Source: a virus | Reading direction: 5' to 3' (one strand) | Virus record (IMG/VR): IMGVR_UViG_3300010412_000003 | Span: 1-64,000 of that record | Length of the DNA stretch: 64,000 nt | Shown: positions 16,186 to 27,022 of the stretch, one piece after another | How positions within the stretch are numbered: the first letter of the stretch is position 1 | How the letters are laid out: each line of letters starts with the position of its first letter | The notes under the pieces: generated by a model | Seen by the model: only the letters and a program-made list of their open reading frames with translations | The model's database searches: none | Told to the model about the DNA's origin: nothing | Made by a program: the position numbers and the translations under genes

Positions 16186-17889
16186 ATGAAATACAAATTA
16201 CAGGAAGATAGTACGTATAAAGAGGGCGAAGTATTAAAAAAGTTTTTAAAGAACAGAGGGATTGTTGATGTTGATCGTTATCTTGCGGTTGGAAATCATG
16301 AAATTATCCCATTTGAAAACCTAGAGAATATTGAGGATGCTGTTAGATTATTGGAATATCATATTGCGAAAGAAAGTATTATTGGAATTGTTGTTGATAC
16401 TGATGCTGATGGGTTTGCATCTGCTTCAATTTTGTATAAATATCTTTTAGAAATTTATGATGAAGAAAAAATTAGACTTTTCTTTCATGCAAGTAAAAAG
16501 CATGGTTTATCAGAAGATATTTCAATTCCAGATAATATTGGTCTTTTGATTGTTCCAGACGCTGGCTCTAATGATGTAAATGAATCAAGAAGATTGAAAC
16601 TTAGAGGAATTGATGTTCTGATTTTAGATCATCACGAAATTGAAAAGCAAAATAGATTTGCTCTAATTGTCAATCCACATCTTAGTCCAAAATACGAAAA
16701 CAAATATTTGTCTGGAACAGGTGTTGTTTACAAGTTCTTAAAAGCACTTGACGAAAAATTTTCAGAAAATATTGCAGATGATTTTCTTGATCTGGTTGCG
16801 CTTTCCATTATCTCAGATAGTATGAGCTTGAAAGAATATGAGAACAAATGGCTTGTTGATTTGGGGTTGTCGTTTGTTAGAAACGGATTTTTTGAACAAT
16901 TGATTTTGAAACAAAATTATTCCCTAAAGGGTGTTGTTGATATTATTGGTGTTCAATTCTATATTGTTCCTCTTATTAATGCAATGATTCGTGCTGGCAG
17001 TATGGAAGATCAAGAAAAGATGTTCAAAGCTTTTGCTGGAAAAATGGAATATTTTCCATATAAAAAACGTGGTGCTGATGAAGAGGTTCAAGAAAATATT
17101 TTCGAGCATGTTGCAAGATTGTGTGTCAATGTAAGAAATAAACAGAACAGAGAAATTGAAAAGGCAATGGATAAACTCATTCCTGTTATTGAAGAAAAGG
17201 GATGGGATAAAAACAAGGTGATGTTTGTTAATGTTGGAGATCAGCTTGATAAAAATTATACAGGGCTTGTTGCAATGAAGCTTGCAAGCAAATATGGCAA
17301 ACCATGTTTACTTCTGAGACCAAACAACGATAGATCATCATACTCTGGTTCTGGAAGAAACATTGAATGTGATATTGAAGACCTCAAACAAACTCTAAGC
17401 GAAACTGGATTTTTCAGTTGGATTATGGGACATGGAAATGCATTTGGTGTTGCAATTAAAAAGAAAGATATTTTACCTGCAATTGAACACATCAATGAAA
17501 TGCTACAGGATTTTGATTTTTCCAAAACATATCTTGTTGATTATGTTTTTGAAGCAAGTGATGTTACAGCAGATATGATTTTTGAAATGGCTCAAACCAA
17601 ACCATTCTTTGGTCAGGGAATGGATGAAATGAGAATTGTAATTAATAATTTGGTTGTAATGCCAGAAGATGCTGATGTTCTTGGTAGAAGTGGAAATACG
17701 TTTAAAGTAACCATCAATGATGTTACATATTTGAAGTTTGGTTGCGAAGAAGAAGAATTGGATGCCTTGACTTTTACAGAGAATGGTGCTATAATTAACA
17801 TTGTTTGTAAACCATCTATTAATGAATTCAATGGTGAAGAAAATGCTCAGTGTTATATTGAGGAAATTGAATTTGTAAATAAGGAATAG
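16186..17889 (+). CDS. recJ: RecJ-like ssDNA exonuclease (DHH family)
   Basis: DTDADG, PDAGSND, LDHH, LSGTGV, SGSGR, GHGNAFG. Confidence 0.9.
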   Translation: MKYKLQEDSTYKEGEVLKKFLKNRGIVDVDRYLAVGNHEIIPFENLENIEDAVRLLEYHIAKESIIGIVVDTDADGFASASILYKYLLEIYDEEKIRLFFHASKKHGLSEDISIPDNIGLLIVPDAGSNDVNESRRLKLRGIDVLILDHHEIEKQNRFALIVNPHLSPKYENKYLSGTGVVYKFLKALDEKFSENIADDFLDLVALSIISDSMSLKEYENKWLVDLGLSFVRNGFFEQLILKQNYSLKGVVDIIGVQFYIVPLINAMIRAGSMEDQEKMFKAFAGKMEYFPYKKRGADEEVQENIFEHVARLCVNVRNKQNREIEKAMDKLIPVIEEKGWDKNKVMFVNVGDQLDKNYTGLVAMKLASKYGKPCLLLRPNNDRSSYSGSGRNIECDIEDLKQTLSETGFFSWIMGHGNAFGVAIKKKDILPAIEHINEMLQDFDFSKTYLVDYVFEASDVTADMIFEMAQTKPFFGQGMDEMRIVINNLVVMPEDADVLGRSGNTFKVTINDVTYLKFGCEEEELDALTFTENGAIINIVCKPSINEFNGEENAQCYIEEIEFVNKE

Positions 17890-17893
17890 AAGA

Positions 17894-18127
17894 ATGGATG
17901 CTGAAAAATTAATTTTCATAGAGTTGGAAGAGGCAATTGAGTTTGATAAAGATAACGCTTTACCTAAAGGTCTTTATGTGAACAGGGGTGGAAAGTGGTT
18001 TCACATGAATTTTGATGGTGGGTGGTTGTCAACTTCAAATTTTTGCATTTGTGATAAACACATTGTTACAACCAAATATATGAATAGTTTAATTGAAACC
18101 AAAAGTTTATCTTTGGGGAGATCATAA
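17894..18127 (+). CDS. hypothetical protein
   Basis: 77-aa ORF in operon. Confidence 0.55.
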   Translation: MDAEKLIFIELEEAIEFDKDNALPKGLYVNRGGKWFHMNFDGGWLSTSNFCICDKHIVTTKYMNSLIETKSLSLGRS

Positions 18128-18346
18128 ATGGACTGGATACTTAGCATGGCAACTGTAGCAACAAATTTTCTTGTTGGCAAAAAAATAAAATGGGGATGGA
18201 TTATTGCAATCTTCAATAGTTTTGCTTGGATGTATTATGCAGTTTACGTGCTAAGTCCAGCACAGTTTGGATTATTGCCATCATCTGTTTTAAACCTGAT
18301 GATTGCAATTGGAAGCGCAATAAAATGGTTCAAAGAGGATAAATAA
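18128..18346 (+). CDS. small PnuC-like membrane protein
   Basis: three hydrophobic segments, KKxxWGWII...W pattern. Confidence 0.5.
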   Translation: MDWILSMATVATNFLVGKKIKWGWIIAIFNSFAWMYYAVYVLSPAQFGLLPSSVLNLMIAIGSAIKWFKEDK

Positions 18347-18364
18347 AATAAGGATTTTATTGAA

Positions 18365-18904
18365 ATGATACTTAATGCAAAAAGAGTTTATCTTGTATCA
18401 CAAGCAGAAGATTGTATTTGTTGTGGCAATGAAGAGTGTGAGGTTTCACATACAAGTGTTATGGGGGTTTTCTTTAAAGAGAAAAAGGCTAGAAAATTTA
18501 TCAAACAGGCAAGGAAACAAGGAAGGTATTATTTTATTGAATATGATGTTGTTGTTGGTGACATAGTTGCTACACATAATCAATATGTTATAAAAATACT
18601 TCTAGATAATAGAGAGATAATTGAAATACAAGAAACGAAGAATACTGATGTTTCATTTTTGGATGGTATGATATTACAATCTTGGAGGAGTCAAGAGGAA
18701 GGTGGTGGTTCTTATCTTGAAATCCCATGTTATGCAAGAGATTTAAACGAAGCAAAAAAAATAGCACTAAAAGAATTTGATGAACATATTGAGTATCAAA
18801 AAATTGTTAAGAAAAGGCTTGAGTTAGAGAAAGAGCAATACGAAAAAGATATGAAAGAATATCTCAAAAATCCAACAAAAGAAAATTATAACAAATTAGT
18901 TTAA
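18365..18904 (+). CDS. hypothetical protein
   Basis: 179-aa ORF. Confidence 0.6.
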   Translation: MILNAKRVYLVSQAEDCICCGNEECEVSHTSVMGVFFKEKKARKFIKQARKQGRYYFIEYDVVVGDIVATHNQYVIKILLDNREIIEIQETKNTDVSFLDGMILQSWRSQEEGGGSYLEIPCYARDLNEAKKIALKEFDEHIEYQKIVKKRLELEKEQYEKDMKEYLKNPTKENYNKLV

Positions 18905-18917
18905 TAAAGGATGTTTA

Positions 18918-21900
18918 ATGAACTATACCTCACTTCATAATCACACATATTTTTCAACACTAGATGGTTATTCTTCACCAGAAGAATATCTTAAACGTGC
19001 TACTGAATTAGGTCTAAAGGGCATTGCCATTACTGAACATGGCAATGCCTATTCTTGGTTGTATTTTGACAAGATAAAAAAGAACTACCCAAATGTTAGA
19101 ATGTTATATGGGGTTGAATTTTATGAAGCATTTGATATGCTCAAGCAAGACAAGGATAATAAATATTTTCACTTGCTTGCAATAGCCAGAAATGAACGTG
19201 GCAGAATTGCTCTGAATAGACTTGTTACCATATCAAATTTTAATGGGTTTTATTACAAACCAAGAATTGATATTCATGCTATGTCAGAATATGCTGATGA
19301 TATTATTGTAACATCTGCGTGTTTGGCATCTAAAATTTCAAGAACAGAAAGTTATGACCTAAGTGTTGTGTATGCACTTGAATACCAGAAATTATTTCCT
19401 AATTTTTATCTCGAACTTCAATCACACAGACATGAAGATCAAGTGAAATATAACCAAAAACTGATTCAAATTCACAAAGACACTGGCATTCCATTTGTAA
19501 TTACAACAGATTCTCACTCTGCTACAGAAGAGGATTTGAAGTATCAAGAGAAACTTGTTCAAATTGCAAGGGATGATGAAACAATTGGTGAAATTTATGA
19601 GGGTTGTTATGTGCAATCTGTAAGTGAAATTCATGAAATAATGGATTCTCAGATTGGCTTTGATATGGTTGAAAAAGGTCTTTTGGAAACAAATAAAATT
19701 CTTGACTTGGTTGAAGAAGTAAATATGCCATTTCAAAAACCAACATTACCGCACTATCCGCTTCCAGAAGGGTTTGATAGCAATGAAGAATATTTGAAGC
19801 ATCTTATTTATCTTGGATGGGATAAGAAATTTGGGGAAGGGTATGATGATACTCTTGAAGAATATTCCGATAGGGTTGTGTATGAGTTTGATGTTATTAA
19901 AGACATGGGTTTCGCTGGATATTTTATTATTGTTTGGGATATTATTTCTTGGGCAAAGGAAAATGGTATTATGGTTGGTGCAGGTCGTGGTTCTGCTGGT
20001 GGAAGTTTAGTTTGTTATCTTCTTGGAATAACAGAGCTTGACCCAATTAAATACAAACTTATTTTTGAAAGATTTTTAAATCCAGAGCGTGTTTCTATGC
20101 CAGATATTGATATTGATTTTGGAGATAGAGATCGTGTTGTTGAATATCTTACAAATAAATATGGAGAAGAAAGAGTTTGTCAAATTATTAATTACTCTTT
20201 TATAACACCTGTTGTGGCAATTAAAGATGCTGGAAGAATTTTGGGTGTTCCATACAAAATTACAGAACAAATTTCAAAAAGATTTGTTCGTGAAACATTT
20301 GAAGAGTGTATGATGGATAATCCAGAAATTGAAAAAGAATATCCAGAATACGCACAAATTTTTGAAGTTGCATCAAAATTGTATGGAAGGGTTAGAAATG
20401 TCAGCACACATGCAGGTGGTGTTGGGATTGTTGATACTGAGATAAATAACTATATGCCAATGAAGTTGGGTACTAAAGGTGAGCATGTCATTCAAGCTGA
20501 TAAGAAAACATCGGAAGACATTGGTATTGTAAAGTTTGATATTTTGGGAATTTCCACACTAACCCTGATTCAAGAGATAATTAATGATGCTGGAATAGAC
20601 GAATGGGAAATCAATCCCAACAACTATGAATTTTTGTCAAACAAAAAGATGTGGGGCATTCTGCAAAATGCTCAAACAAATGGTGTTTTTCAAGTTGAAT
20701 CCCAAGGTATGAAAGAGCTTTTATTAAGACTCAAACCAGAAACCCTTAATGATGTTAGTGCTGTTTTGGCGTTATATAGACCAGACTCAATTCAAATGCT
20801 TGAAGACTATATTAGGTTTAAACAAAATCCAAATGAAATTGAGTTGTGGCATGAAGATATGTATGATATTGTAAAAGATACATATGGAACAATTATTTTT
20901 CAAGAACAACTAATGGAAATTGTTAGGCTTTTTGCTGGCAGAAGCATGGGTGGTGCTGATCTTTTTAGAAAGGCAATTGGAAAGAAAGATTTGGAATTGG
21001 TAAGAAGAGAAGCAAGAAAACTTTATCAAGAAATTATTGATAATGGATACAGTCATGATCTTGCAATCAAAATTAGTCAGTACATGGAAGATAAGGGTGG
21101 GTATATGTTCAATGCATCACACTCTGCTCTCTATGCAGTAATTACATTGCAAACAGCATTTTTAAAAGCCAACTATCCAGAATTATTTTTCAAGGCACTA
21201 CTGAATCAAAACACTGGTGATTATGGCTCTATCAATAAGTATATTGTTGATGCACAAGAATTTGGTGTTGAAGTTTTGCCACCACACATCAACAAGTCAG
21301 AAAGGGGTTTCTCTGTTGTTGAAAATAAAGTTCTGTTTGGTATTGAGGCAATAAAAGGAATTGGTCAAACATTATCAGACAAAATTGTTGAAGAAAGAAT
21401 TAAGGGTGGGAAGTATGAAAACCTTTTTGATTTTATAGAAAGAACTTCTCCAAATGTCTCTCAGGTAGTTTCTTTAATAAAGTCTGGTGCAATTCCAACT
21501 AAAAATAAACGTCAATATCTTATTGATTATGCACAAAGTTTATATAATGAAAGAGAATACAAACCAGTAAAAACATTACCATCAGAAAAAATATTATTGG
21601 AAAAATGGCATTTATCATTTCCAAAAGAAATGAACAAAGACGAAAAGCTAGAGAGGTATAATAGTGCCAGAAAACTATCATTTGAATCAGAGCAAATTCA
21701 AAGATTGAAAAAACACATTGATACTTTTGTTGAGAAGTATCTTTCAAGTGAAAAATTGTGGGAGTTTGAAACTCTTTCAATTTTTCTAACAGGAAACCCA
21801 TTCAAGTTGGCAAACAATTTTATTACACATTATTCTAATAATCAAATTGGTGAAAAATGTGTTTTAGTTGGTGTTGTTGCAGACATTACAAAAAAGAAAG

Positions 21901-22127
21901 ACAGGAATGGAAAGGCTTATTGTTTCATTAGTTTATATACTTCTCATTCGGAAATAATTGATGTTACTTTTTGGAGTGGCAAGTATAGCGAATACATTCA
22001 GCATCTTGTAAAGGGAAATGATATTGCAGTTTTGTGCAAAATAACTGATGATGGAAGATTCGTTGCTGAAAAATTAAAAGAATATAAAACATGGCTAGAA
22101 GGAAGATTGGAGATTGTCAATGCATAA
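18918..22127 (+). CDS. dnaE: DNA polymerase III alpha subunit
   Basis: PHP domain LHNHTYFSTLDG/TEHG, GRGSAGGS, FERFLNPERVSMPDIDIDF, HAGG, KFDILG. Confidence 0.95.
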   Translation: MNYTSLHNHTYFSTLDGYSSPEEYLKRATELGLKGIAITEHGNAYSWLYFDKIKKNYPNVRMLYGVEFYEAFDMLKQDKDNKYFHLLAIARNERGRIALNRLVTISNFNGFYYKPRIDIHAMSEYADDIIVTSACLASKISRTESYDLSVVYALEYQKLFPNFYLELQSHRHEDQVKYNQKLIQIHKDTGIPFVITTDSHSATEEDLKYQEKLVQIARDDETIGEIYEGCYVQSVSEIHEIMDSQIGFDMVEKGLLETNKILDLVEEVNMPFQKPTLPHYPLPEGFDSNEEYLKHLIYLGWDKKFGEGYDDTLEEYSDRVVYEFDVIKDMGFAGYFIIVWDIISWAKENGIMVGAGRGSAGGSLVCYLLGITELDPIKYKLIFERFLNPERVSMPDIDIDFGDRDRVVEYLTNKYGEERVCQIINYSFITPVVAIKDAGRILGVPYKITEQISKRFVRETFEECMMDNPEIEKEYPEYAQIFEVASKLYGRVRNVSTHAGGVGIVDTEINNYMPMKLGTKGEHVIQADKKTSEDIGIVKFDILGISTLTLIQEIINDAGIDEWEINPNNYEFLSNKKMWGILQNAQTNGVFQVESQGMKELLLRLKPETLNDVSAVLALYRPDSIQMLEDYIRFKQNPNEIELWHEDMYDIVKDTYGTIIFQEQLMEIVRLFAGRSMGGADLFRKAIGKKDLELVRREARKLYQEIIDNGYSHDLAIKISQYMEDKGGYMFNASHSALYAVITLQTAFLKANYPELFFKALLNQNTGDYGSINKYIVDAQEFGVEVLPPHINKSERGFSVVENKVLFGIEAIKGIGQTLSDKIVEERIKGGKYENLFDFIERTSPNVSQVVSLIKSGAIPTKNKRQYLIDYAQSLYNEREYKPVKTLPSEKILLEKWHLSFPKEMNKDEKLERYNSARKLSFESEQIQRLKKHIDTFVEKYLSSEKLWEFETLSIFLTGNPFKLANNFITHYSNNQIGEKCVLVGVVADITKKKDRNGKAYCFISLYTSHSEIIDVTFWSGKYSEYIQHLVKGNDIAVLCKITDDGRFVAEKLKEYKTWLEGRLEIVNA

Positions 22128-24342
22128 TAGAGATTTAGGAAAAGAATTTGAATTTGATGCAACAATTACATATGAAATGTTTTTTGATGATAGCACTCTT
22201 TGGGGTGCTTACGCATTTGAAACAGATCAAGAATTGCCAGAAACAAAGGAAAGACCTGACCCATTTGGGTTAGAACCCTCTGTTTATACTTCTAATCTTG
22301 TTGGGAAAACACAAAGGCTTGACCCATCAATGAAATATCATGTGAAGGCAAAGCTTGCTTATTCTAAAAAATATAAGTCATACAATTATGAAATTGTTTC
22401 TGTACAACATGAAGCACCACAAAGCCTTGAAGATCAAAAGACGTTTCTTAAAACACTTGTAACTGAAAGACAAGCGGAGACACTTCTTAACGTATATCCA
22501 AATATTGTTGAAATGGTTCTAAGTGGAGAATATGAAGTTGATCTAAGTTTATTAGATGGCATTGGAAAATTTACAATGCAAAGAATTGAAGAAAAAATAC
22601 TTGATAATTATTTAATGGCAGACTTGATGGTTTTATTAGCACCAATTGGTGTTAGTCTTGCAAAGATCAAAAAGATTTTTTCAATGGAAACAAATCCTGC
22701 TGTTGCAAAGGATATGTTTTTACAAAATCCATATGTTATCACAAAGCTGGATAGAATTTCTTTTGCACAAGCAGATAAAATTGCTGTGAAAATTAATCCA
22801 GAGCTTGAAGTGTCAATGGAAAGGTTGATGGCATTTATTGAATACTTTCTTGTTCAATTAGGTGAAAATGAAGGTCATACATGGACAACAATTGATACAA
22901 TACGATATGGTGTTTTAGACTTTATACCAGAATGTGAAAAGCTTTTAGATGAATTGATTAAATTTGAAAAAGAAAATCCAAGTTTTCTATATATAAATAA
23001 TGATAAAATTGGGTTGAATTATTATTATAATTCAGAAAAAGAAATTCTTGAAGTTGTTGAAATGATTTCATGCTCTAGTCCATTGGAAATTTCTCAGGAA
23101 GAAATAAACAATGGGATAAAAATTGCAGAAGAACAGCAGGGATTTAAATTTACAGAAGAGCAGGTTGAATTTCTGATTCAAATGACGAAAAATAATTTTA
23201 ACATCATTACAGGAAAAGCAGGTAGTGGTAAAAGCACATTGTTACGTGGAATTGTCAATATCTACGGAAACAAACAAATTGCTCTTTGTGCATTGTCTGC
23301 AAAGGCATCAAAAAGAATTGAAGAAACCACAGGAAGAACGGCATCCACAATACATAGACTTTTGGGTGCAATGGGAGAGAATCAGTTTTATTATGGTAGC
23401 AAAACAAAATTACCATATGATGTTATTATTGTTGATGAATCAAGCATGGTAAATGCATATATTTTTCATCGTTTGTTTTTGGCAGTAAGAAGTGGTAGTA
23501 AGGTTGTTTTGTGTGGAGATTCAAAACAGCTTCCACCAATTGGTTATGGAAATGTATTTGGAGACTTACTTGAAAAAGGAAATATTAATGTAAATAGACT
23601 GACCAAAATCTTGCGTCAAGCAGAAAAATCTGGTATAATTACAGATGCAAATAAAATAAGGGATGGTATATCACCAATTGAAAAGCCATTGCGAAGAATT
23701 GTACATGGTGAAAATAAAGATATGTATTATATGTTCAGGGATGATAAAGCTGAATTGAGAAGAATTGCAATTGAAAGATATTTAGATGCTGTAAAAGATG
23801 TTGGTCTCGATGATGTTTTTATTCTCACACCAAGAAAAAATACTGTAATAAATAGCTCACTAGAAATAAACAAGAAGATTCAAGATATTTTGATTAATGA
23901 TGATGTTCCACAAGTTAAGTTGAAAGATGGTCGTATTTATAAACAGGGTTGTAAAGTTATACACAGGGTTAATGATTACGATAAACAAATTTTTAATGGT
24001 GAGTTGGGGTATATTGTGGAAATAAAAACTGACAGCATTGGTGAGCCAACAGAAATAATCGTTGGCTACGGAGAAAATAAAATATCATATGCAGTTCACG
24101 AATTGTATGATATTGATTATGCTTATGCCCTTACAACACACTTATATCAAGGTTCTGAGGCAGATACGGTTATAGGTATTATTGATAAGTCACATTATAC
24201 ATTGTTGGATGCAACATTTTTATACACAATGATAACAAGGGCAAGGTCAAGGTGTTTATTGTTGGCAGAACCATATGCCTACAAAAGATGTTTGAAAGAA
24301 AATAAAAGTATTAATAGACAAACTTGGATAAAGGAGTTGTAA
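22120..24342 (+). CDS. RecD2-like SF1 helicase
   Basis: GKAGSGKST, ASTIHRLL, VDESSM, GDSKQLPP, YALTTH, LYTMITR. Confidence 0.9.
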   Translation: MHNRDLGKEFEFDATITYEMFFDDSTLWGAYAFETDQELPETKERPDPFGLEPSVYTSNLVGKTQRLDPSMKYHVKAKLAYSKKYKSYNYEIVSVQHEAPQSLEDQKTFLKTLVTERQAETLLNVYPNIVEMVLSGEYEVDLSLLDGIGKFTMQRIEEKILDNYLMADLMVLLAPIGVSLAKIKKIFSMETNPAVAKDMFLQNPYVITKLDRISFAQADKIAVKINPELEVSMERLMAFIEYFLVQLGENEGHTWTTIDTIRYGVLDFIPECEKLLDELIKFEKENPSFLYINNDKIGLNYYYNSEKEILEVVEMISCSSPLEISQEEINNGIKIAEEQQGFKFTEEQVEFLIQMTKNNFNIITGKAGSGKSTLLRGIVNIYGNKQIALCALSAKASKRIEETTGRTASTIHRLLGAMGENQFYYGSKTKLPYDVIIVDESSMVNAYIFHRLFLAVRSGSKVVLCGDSKQLPPIGYGNVFGDLLEKGNINVNRLTKILRQAEKSGIITDANKIRDGISPIEKPLRRIVHGENKDMYYMFRDDKAELRRIAIERYLDAVKDVGLDDVFILTPRKNTVINSSLEINKKIQDILINDDVPQVKLKDGRIYKQGCKVIHRVNDYDKQIFNGELGYIVEIKTDSIGEPTEIIVGYGENKISYAVHELYDIDYAYALTTHLYQGSEADTVIGIIDKSHYTLLDATFLYTMITRARSRCLLLAEPYAYKRCLKENKSINRQTWIKEL

Positions 24343-24765
24343 ATGAATTCTGCTATTAGAGAAAAATATTTTAGAGAACATGAAAGATTACAAGATGCAA
24401 TCACAAAAGAGGCAATGAGAGTAATCAACATTGTTAAAAAATCTCTTGGGGAACAAAGTATGGATAAAATGCTCAACAATGGTTTTACTCTTGATGAAAC
24501 TTATATTGAACATGATGATGAACAAGTTGTTTTCAAACTAGAGGAAGATGGTTGCAGTTGTTGTCCAAGTGAATATCAATATCTTGCTGTGCCATTTTCA
24601 ATTATGTTTGATGAATATGAGCTTAATGAACATATTGAAAAATTGAAGCAAAGAAAAATTGAATTAGAAGCCAAGAAGGAAGAGGAAAATCGTATAGCTC
24701 AACAAAAATCCTTAGATTATAAAAGGGAACTTTATGAAAGATTAAAAAGGGAACTTGGAGAATAG
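24343..24765 (+). CDS. hypothetical protein
   Basis: 140-aa ORF, AAGGAG RBS. Confidence 0.65.
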   Translation: MNSAIREKYFREHERLQDAITKEAMRVINIVKKSLGEQSMDKMLNNGFTLDETYIEHDDEQVVFKLEEDGCSCCPSEYQYLAVPFSIMFDEYELNEHIEKLKQRKIELEAKKEEENRIAQQKSLDYKRELYERLKRELGE

Positions 24766-24770
24766 CAACC

Positions 24771-25301
24771 ATGCAACCGCCACTTTCATTTTATAGCATT
24801 CGGGATAATAGTATTTCATATGGTGAAAATGGAAATTTTACTCTTAGAAAGAATGGAAGATTTCTTTATGTAAATGGGAAACGTGCAAGAAAATTTAAAG
24901 ACCCTTATGAATGGGCAAATCCAAGCAGGTCTGTTTACACAATTGGAAATTTTATGATCAAAATTGATACAAGCAGATATGGGCAAATGAATCCACAGTG
25001 TAAAAGGGAAGTTGAAAAGTGGCTTGCAATGGATGAAAATGATAGGAAATACTTCCCATATGTTTTTGATTGGGGAGTTCTTGATGGAAGACATTGGATT
25101 GTTGTTGAGTTTGTTGAAATGAAAGAACCAAGTGACTACTCGGAAATTATTGAATACCTTTGTGAAAAATATAAACTTAACGATTTGATTAATGATAAAA
25201 GAGAAAAAATAATGTATGGTCTTATGGATTTAGATTGTGCTGTCAATTGGGCTATTAGGGAAGACACACAAGAACCAATTATTTATGATTTTGCATATTA
25301 G
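24771..25301 (+). CDS. putative minimal protein-kinase-fold protein
   Basis: RSVY...MIKI...E(helix C)...WIVVEFV...D....N...IIYDF order of motifs. Confidence 0.5.
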   Translation: MQPPLSFYSIRDNSISYGENGNFTLRKNGRFLYVNGKRARKFKDPYEWANPSRSVYTIGNFMIKIDTSRYGQMNPQCKREVEKWLAMDENDRKYFPYVFDWGVLDGRHWIVVEFVEMKEPSDYSEIIEYLCEKYKLNDLINDKREKIMYGLMDLDCAVNWAIREDTQEPIIYDFAY

Positions 25302-25310
25302 GAGATTAAT

Positions 25311-25739
25311 GTGAATAACTTAAAAAAAGATGTTGCTGAATTGAGAAGAGAATGGATTGAAAAAGGAAGATTAATTCAAGAGTTGGAAGACCAAGTTAGA
25401 GTTGAAGAAAATTCAAAACTTATTGGCAAAAATTTTTGGTCAGCAAGTGATGGTGTTTTTCCATCAAATGTACCAAATGTGAGTAATATGCATGGCATTC
25501 CAGATCAATATTCATTTGCATATCGTGTTACAGGGGTTGATAAAAGGGGATTTTTACAAGGTATTGTTGTTGGTAGATTTTTTAATACATTCGGATTCTT
25601 TTCAAAATCACAGGTGAATGTTGATGTTTCTAATGGATTCAATGAAATTTCAGATGATGAATGGAATGAATGGGTTGATATGTGTATTGAAGGTTTTGAA
25701 AAATTTATAGTAAAGGTAGAAAAAAATGAAACAGATTAA
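25311..25739 (+). CDS. hypothetical protein
   Basis: GTG start with AGGAG RBS. Confidence 0.6.
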   Translation: MNNLKKDVAELRREWIEKGRLIQELEDQVRVEENSKLIGKNFWSASDGVFPSNVPNVSNMHGIPDQYSFAYRVTGVDKRGFLQGIVVGRFFNTFGFFSKSQVNVDVSNGFNEISDDEWNEWVDMCIEGFEKFIVKVEKNETD

Positions 25740-26052
25740 TTTGCCAACAATGTCTATTACTAAAACAGAACCAGATATTGGGGTTGCTATTTGTTATAAA
25801 GAAGAATATTATGATGGAGATAAAATTCTTGTTGCAGAAACATATGTTGAAGTTTTAGGTCAAGATGGTTACAAAAGTAAGCAGGTTGTTTTTGAAATGG
25901 ATTCTCATGATATGTTGATGATAGCTGATGTTTCAGCAGACGAAATTATATATTTGATGGAAGATCAAGTTGAACACTTGGAAAAATTTTTAGAAACATA
26001 TCGTATAAGAAAGGCTTTGCTAAAAGAAAATAAAAAACAAAATGAAAGATGA
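25726..26052 (+). CDS. hypothetical protein
   Basis: 108-aa ORF. Confidence 0.6.
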   Translation: MKQINLPTMSITKTEPDIGVAICYKEEYYDGDKILVAETYVEVLGQDGYKSKQVVFEMDSHDMLMIADVSADEIIYLMEDQVEHLEKFLETYRIRKALLKENKKQNER

Positions 26053-26311
26053 ATTTGAAATACTTCTCAAAAGAATGAAAATTCTTGTAGACAGGATTGA
26101 GGCAGTTCAAACATCAAACTCACACATGAAAAATGGAAGTTTATATAATTTAAATTATTATATTGAAAAAATAGAAAACAAATCTTTTTTCAATTTTGAT
26201 AATCCAGAGCAAAAGGAATATGTATATAGAGAATATATGTATAGAGAATGTGATCGAGTAGATAAATTTTTAGAAAAAGAAGCAGTGAAGACAGGAGAAA
26301 AAAATGCTTAA
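26042..26311 (+). CDS. hypothetical protein
   Basis: 89-aa ORF. Confidence 0.55.
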   Translation: MKDEFEILLKRMKILVDRIEAVQTSNSHMKNGSLYNLNYYIEKIENKSFFNFDNPEQKEYVYREYMYRECDRVDKFLEKEAVKTGEKNA

Positions 26312-26693
26312 TGTTTATTTAGCAGGTGGAATGAGAACTGGTTGGCAAAAAAGTTTTACAGATTTAGAGGAAGATGAAATCTATGCCAATTTTGTTCACT
26401 TTATTGACCCTAGAAATAATGGAACAAAGGTTTTTGAAGAATTTACTTTTTGGGATATGTTTGGTGTAGAGAAATGTGATTTAGTTTTTGCATATCTTGA
26501 GAAGTCTAATCCTGCTGGACATGCCATGATGGTAGAAGCTGGCTATGCATTAGGACTTGGGAAAAGAGTTATCTTTGTAAATGAACAAAGTGATAATAAA
26601 TACACTATGTTTTTAGCAAAATGTCCAAGGGTAATTTATTTTGATAATTTTGATCAAGGATTTAATTACTTTTTAACCTTGACAAATATATAA
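26304..26693 (+). CDS. nucleoside 2-deoxyribosyltransferase-like protein
   Basis: VYLAGG, DPR, WD...CDLVFA, EAGYA.ALGK motifs. Confidence 0.8.
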   Translation: MLNVYLAGGMRTGWQKSFTDLEEDEIYANFVHFIDPRNNGTKVFEEFTFWDMFGVEKCDLVFAYLEKSNPAGHAMMVEAGYALGLGKRVIFVNEQSDNKYTMFLAKCPRVIYFDNFDQGFNYFLTLTNI

Positions 26694-26707
26694 AATTAAG
26701 ATATACT
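26679..26707 (+). promoter_or_regulatory. sigma70/sigmaA promoter
   Basis: TTGACA-17 bp-TATACT. Confidence 0.75.
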
Positions 26708-26743
26708 TAATCTCAATACAAGTTTAAATAAAAGGATAATTTT

Positions 26744-27022
26744 ATGGATGATGTGAAGCATGTTTTATTTGAAAGATTAACTAAGGGAAAAAATTCATTA
26801 AAGTTTGCTTTTGAAAGTGCTGTTAGAATGGTCAATATAAAAAGCAAAACTATTTGGGATGAATCTTATTTCCTTGCAACTGTTTCAAAAGATGGAATTT
26901 TGTTTGAAGACAGTAGTGGAGATACTTGTTTTTGGATTACCAAAGATCAGGTTGATCATATGAAAACAATTCTATCATTCTTTGAAAAAAGATTTGTAGA
27001 AGGAGTTGAAAATGAAGAATAA
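26744..27022 (+). CDS. hypothetical protein
   Basis: 92-aa ORF after promoter. Confidence 0.6.
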   Translation: MDDVKHVLFERLTKGKNSLKFAFESAVRMVNIKSKTIWDESYFLATVSKDGILFEDSSGDTCFWITKDQVDHMKTILSFFEKRFVEGVENEE

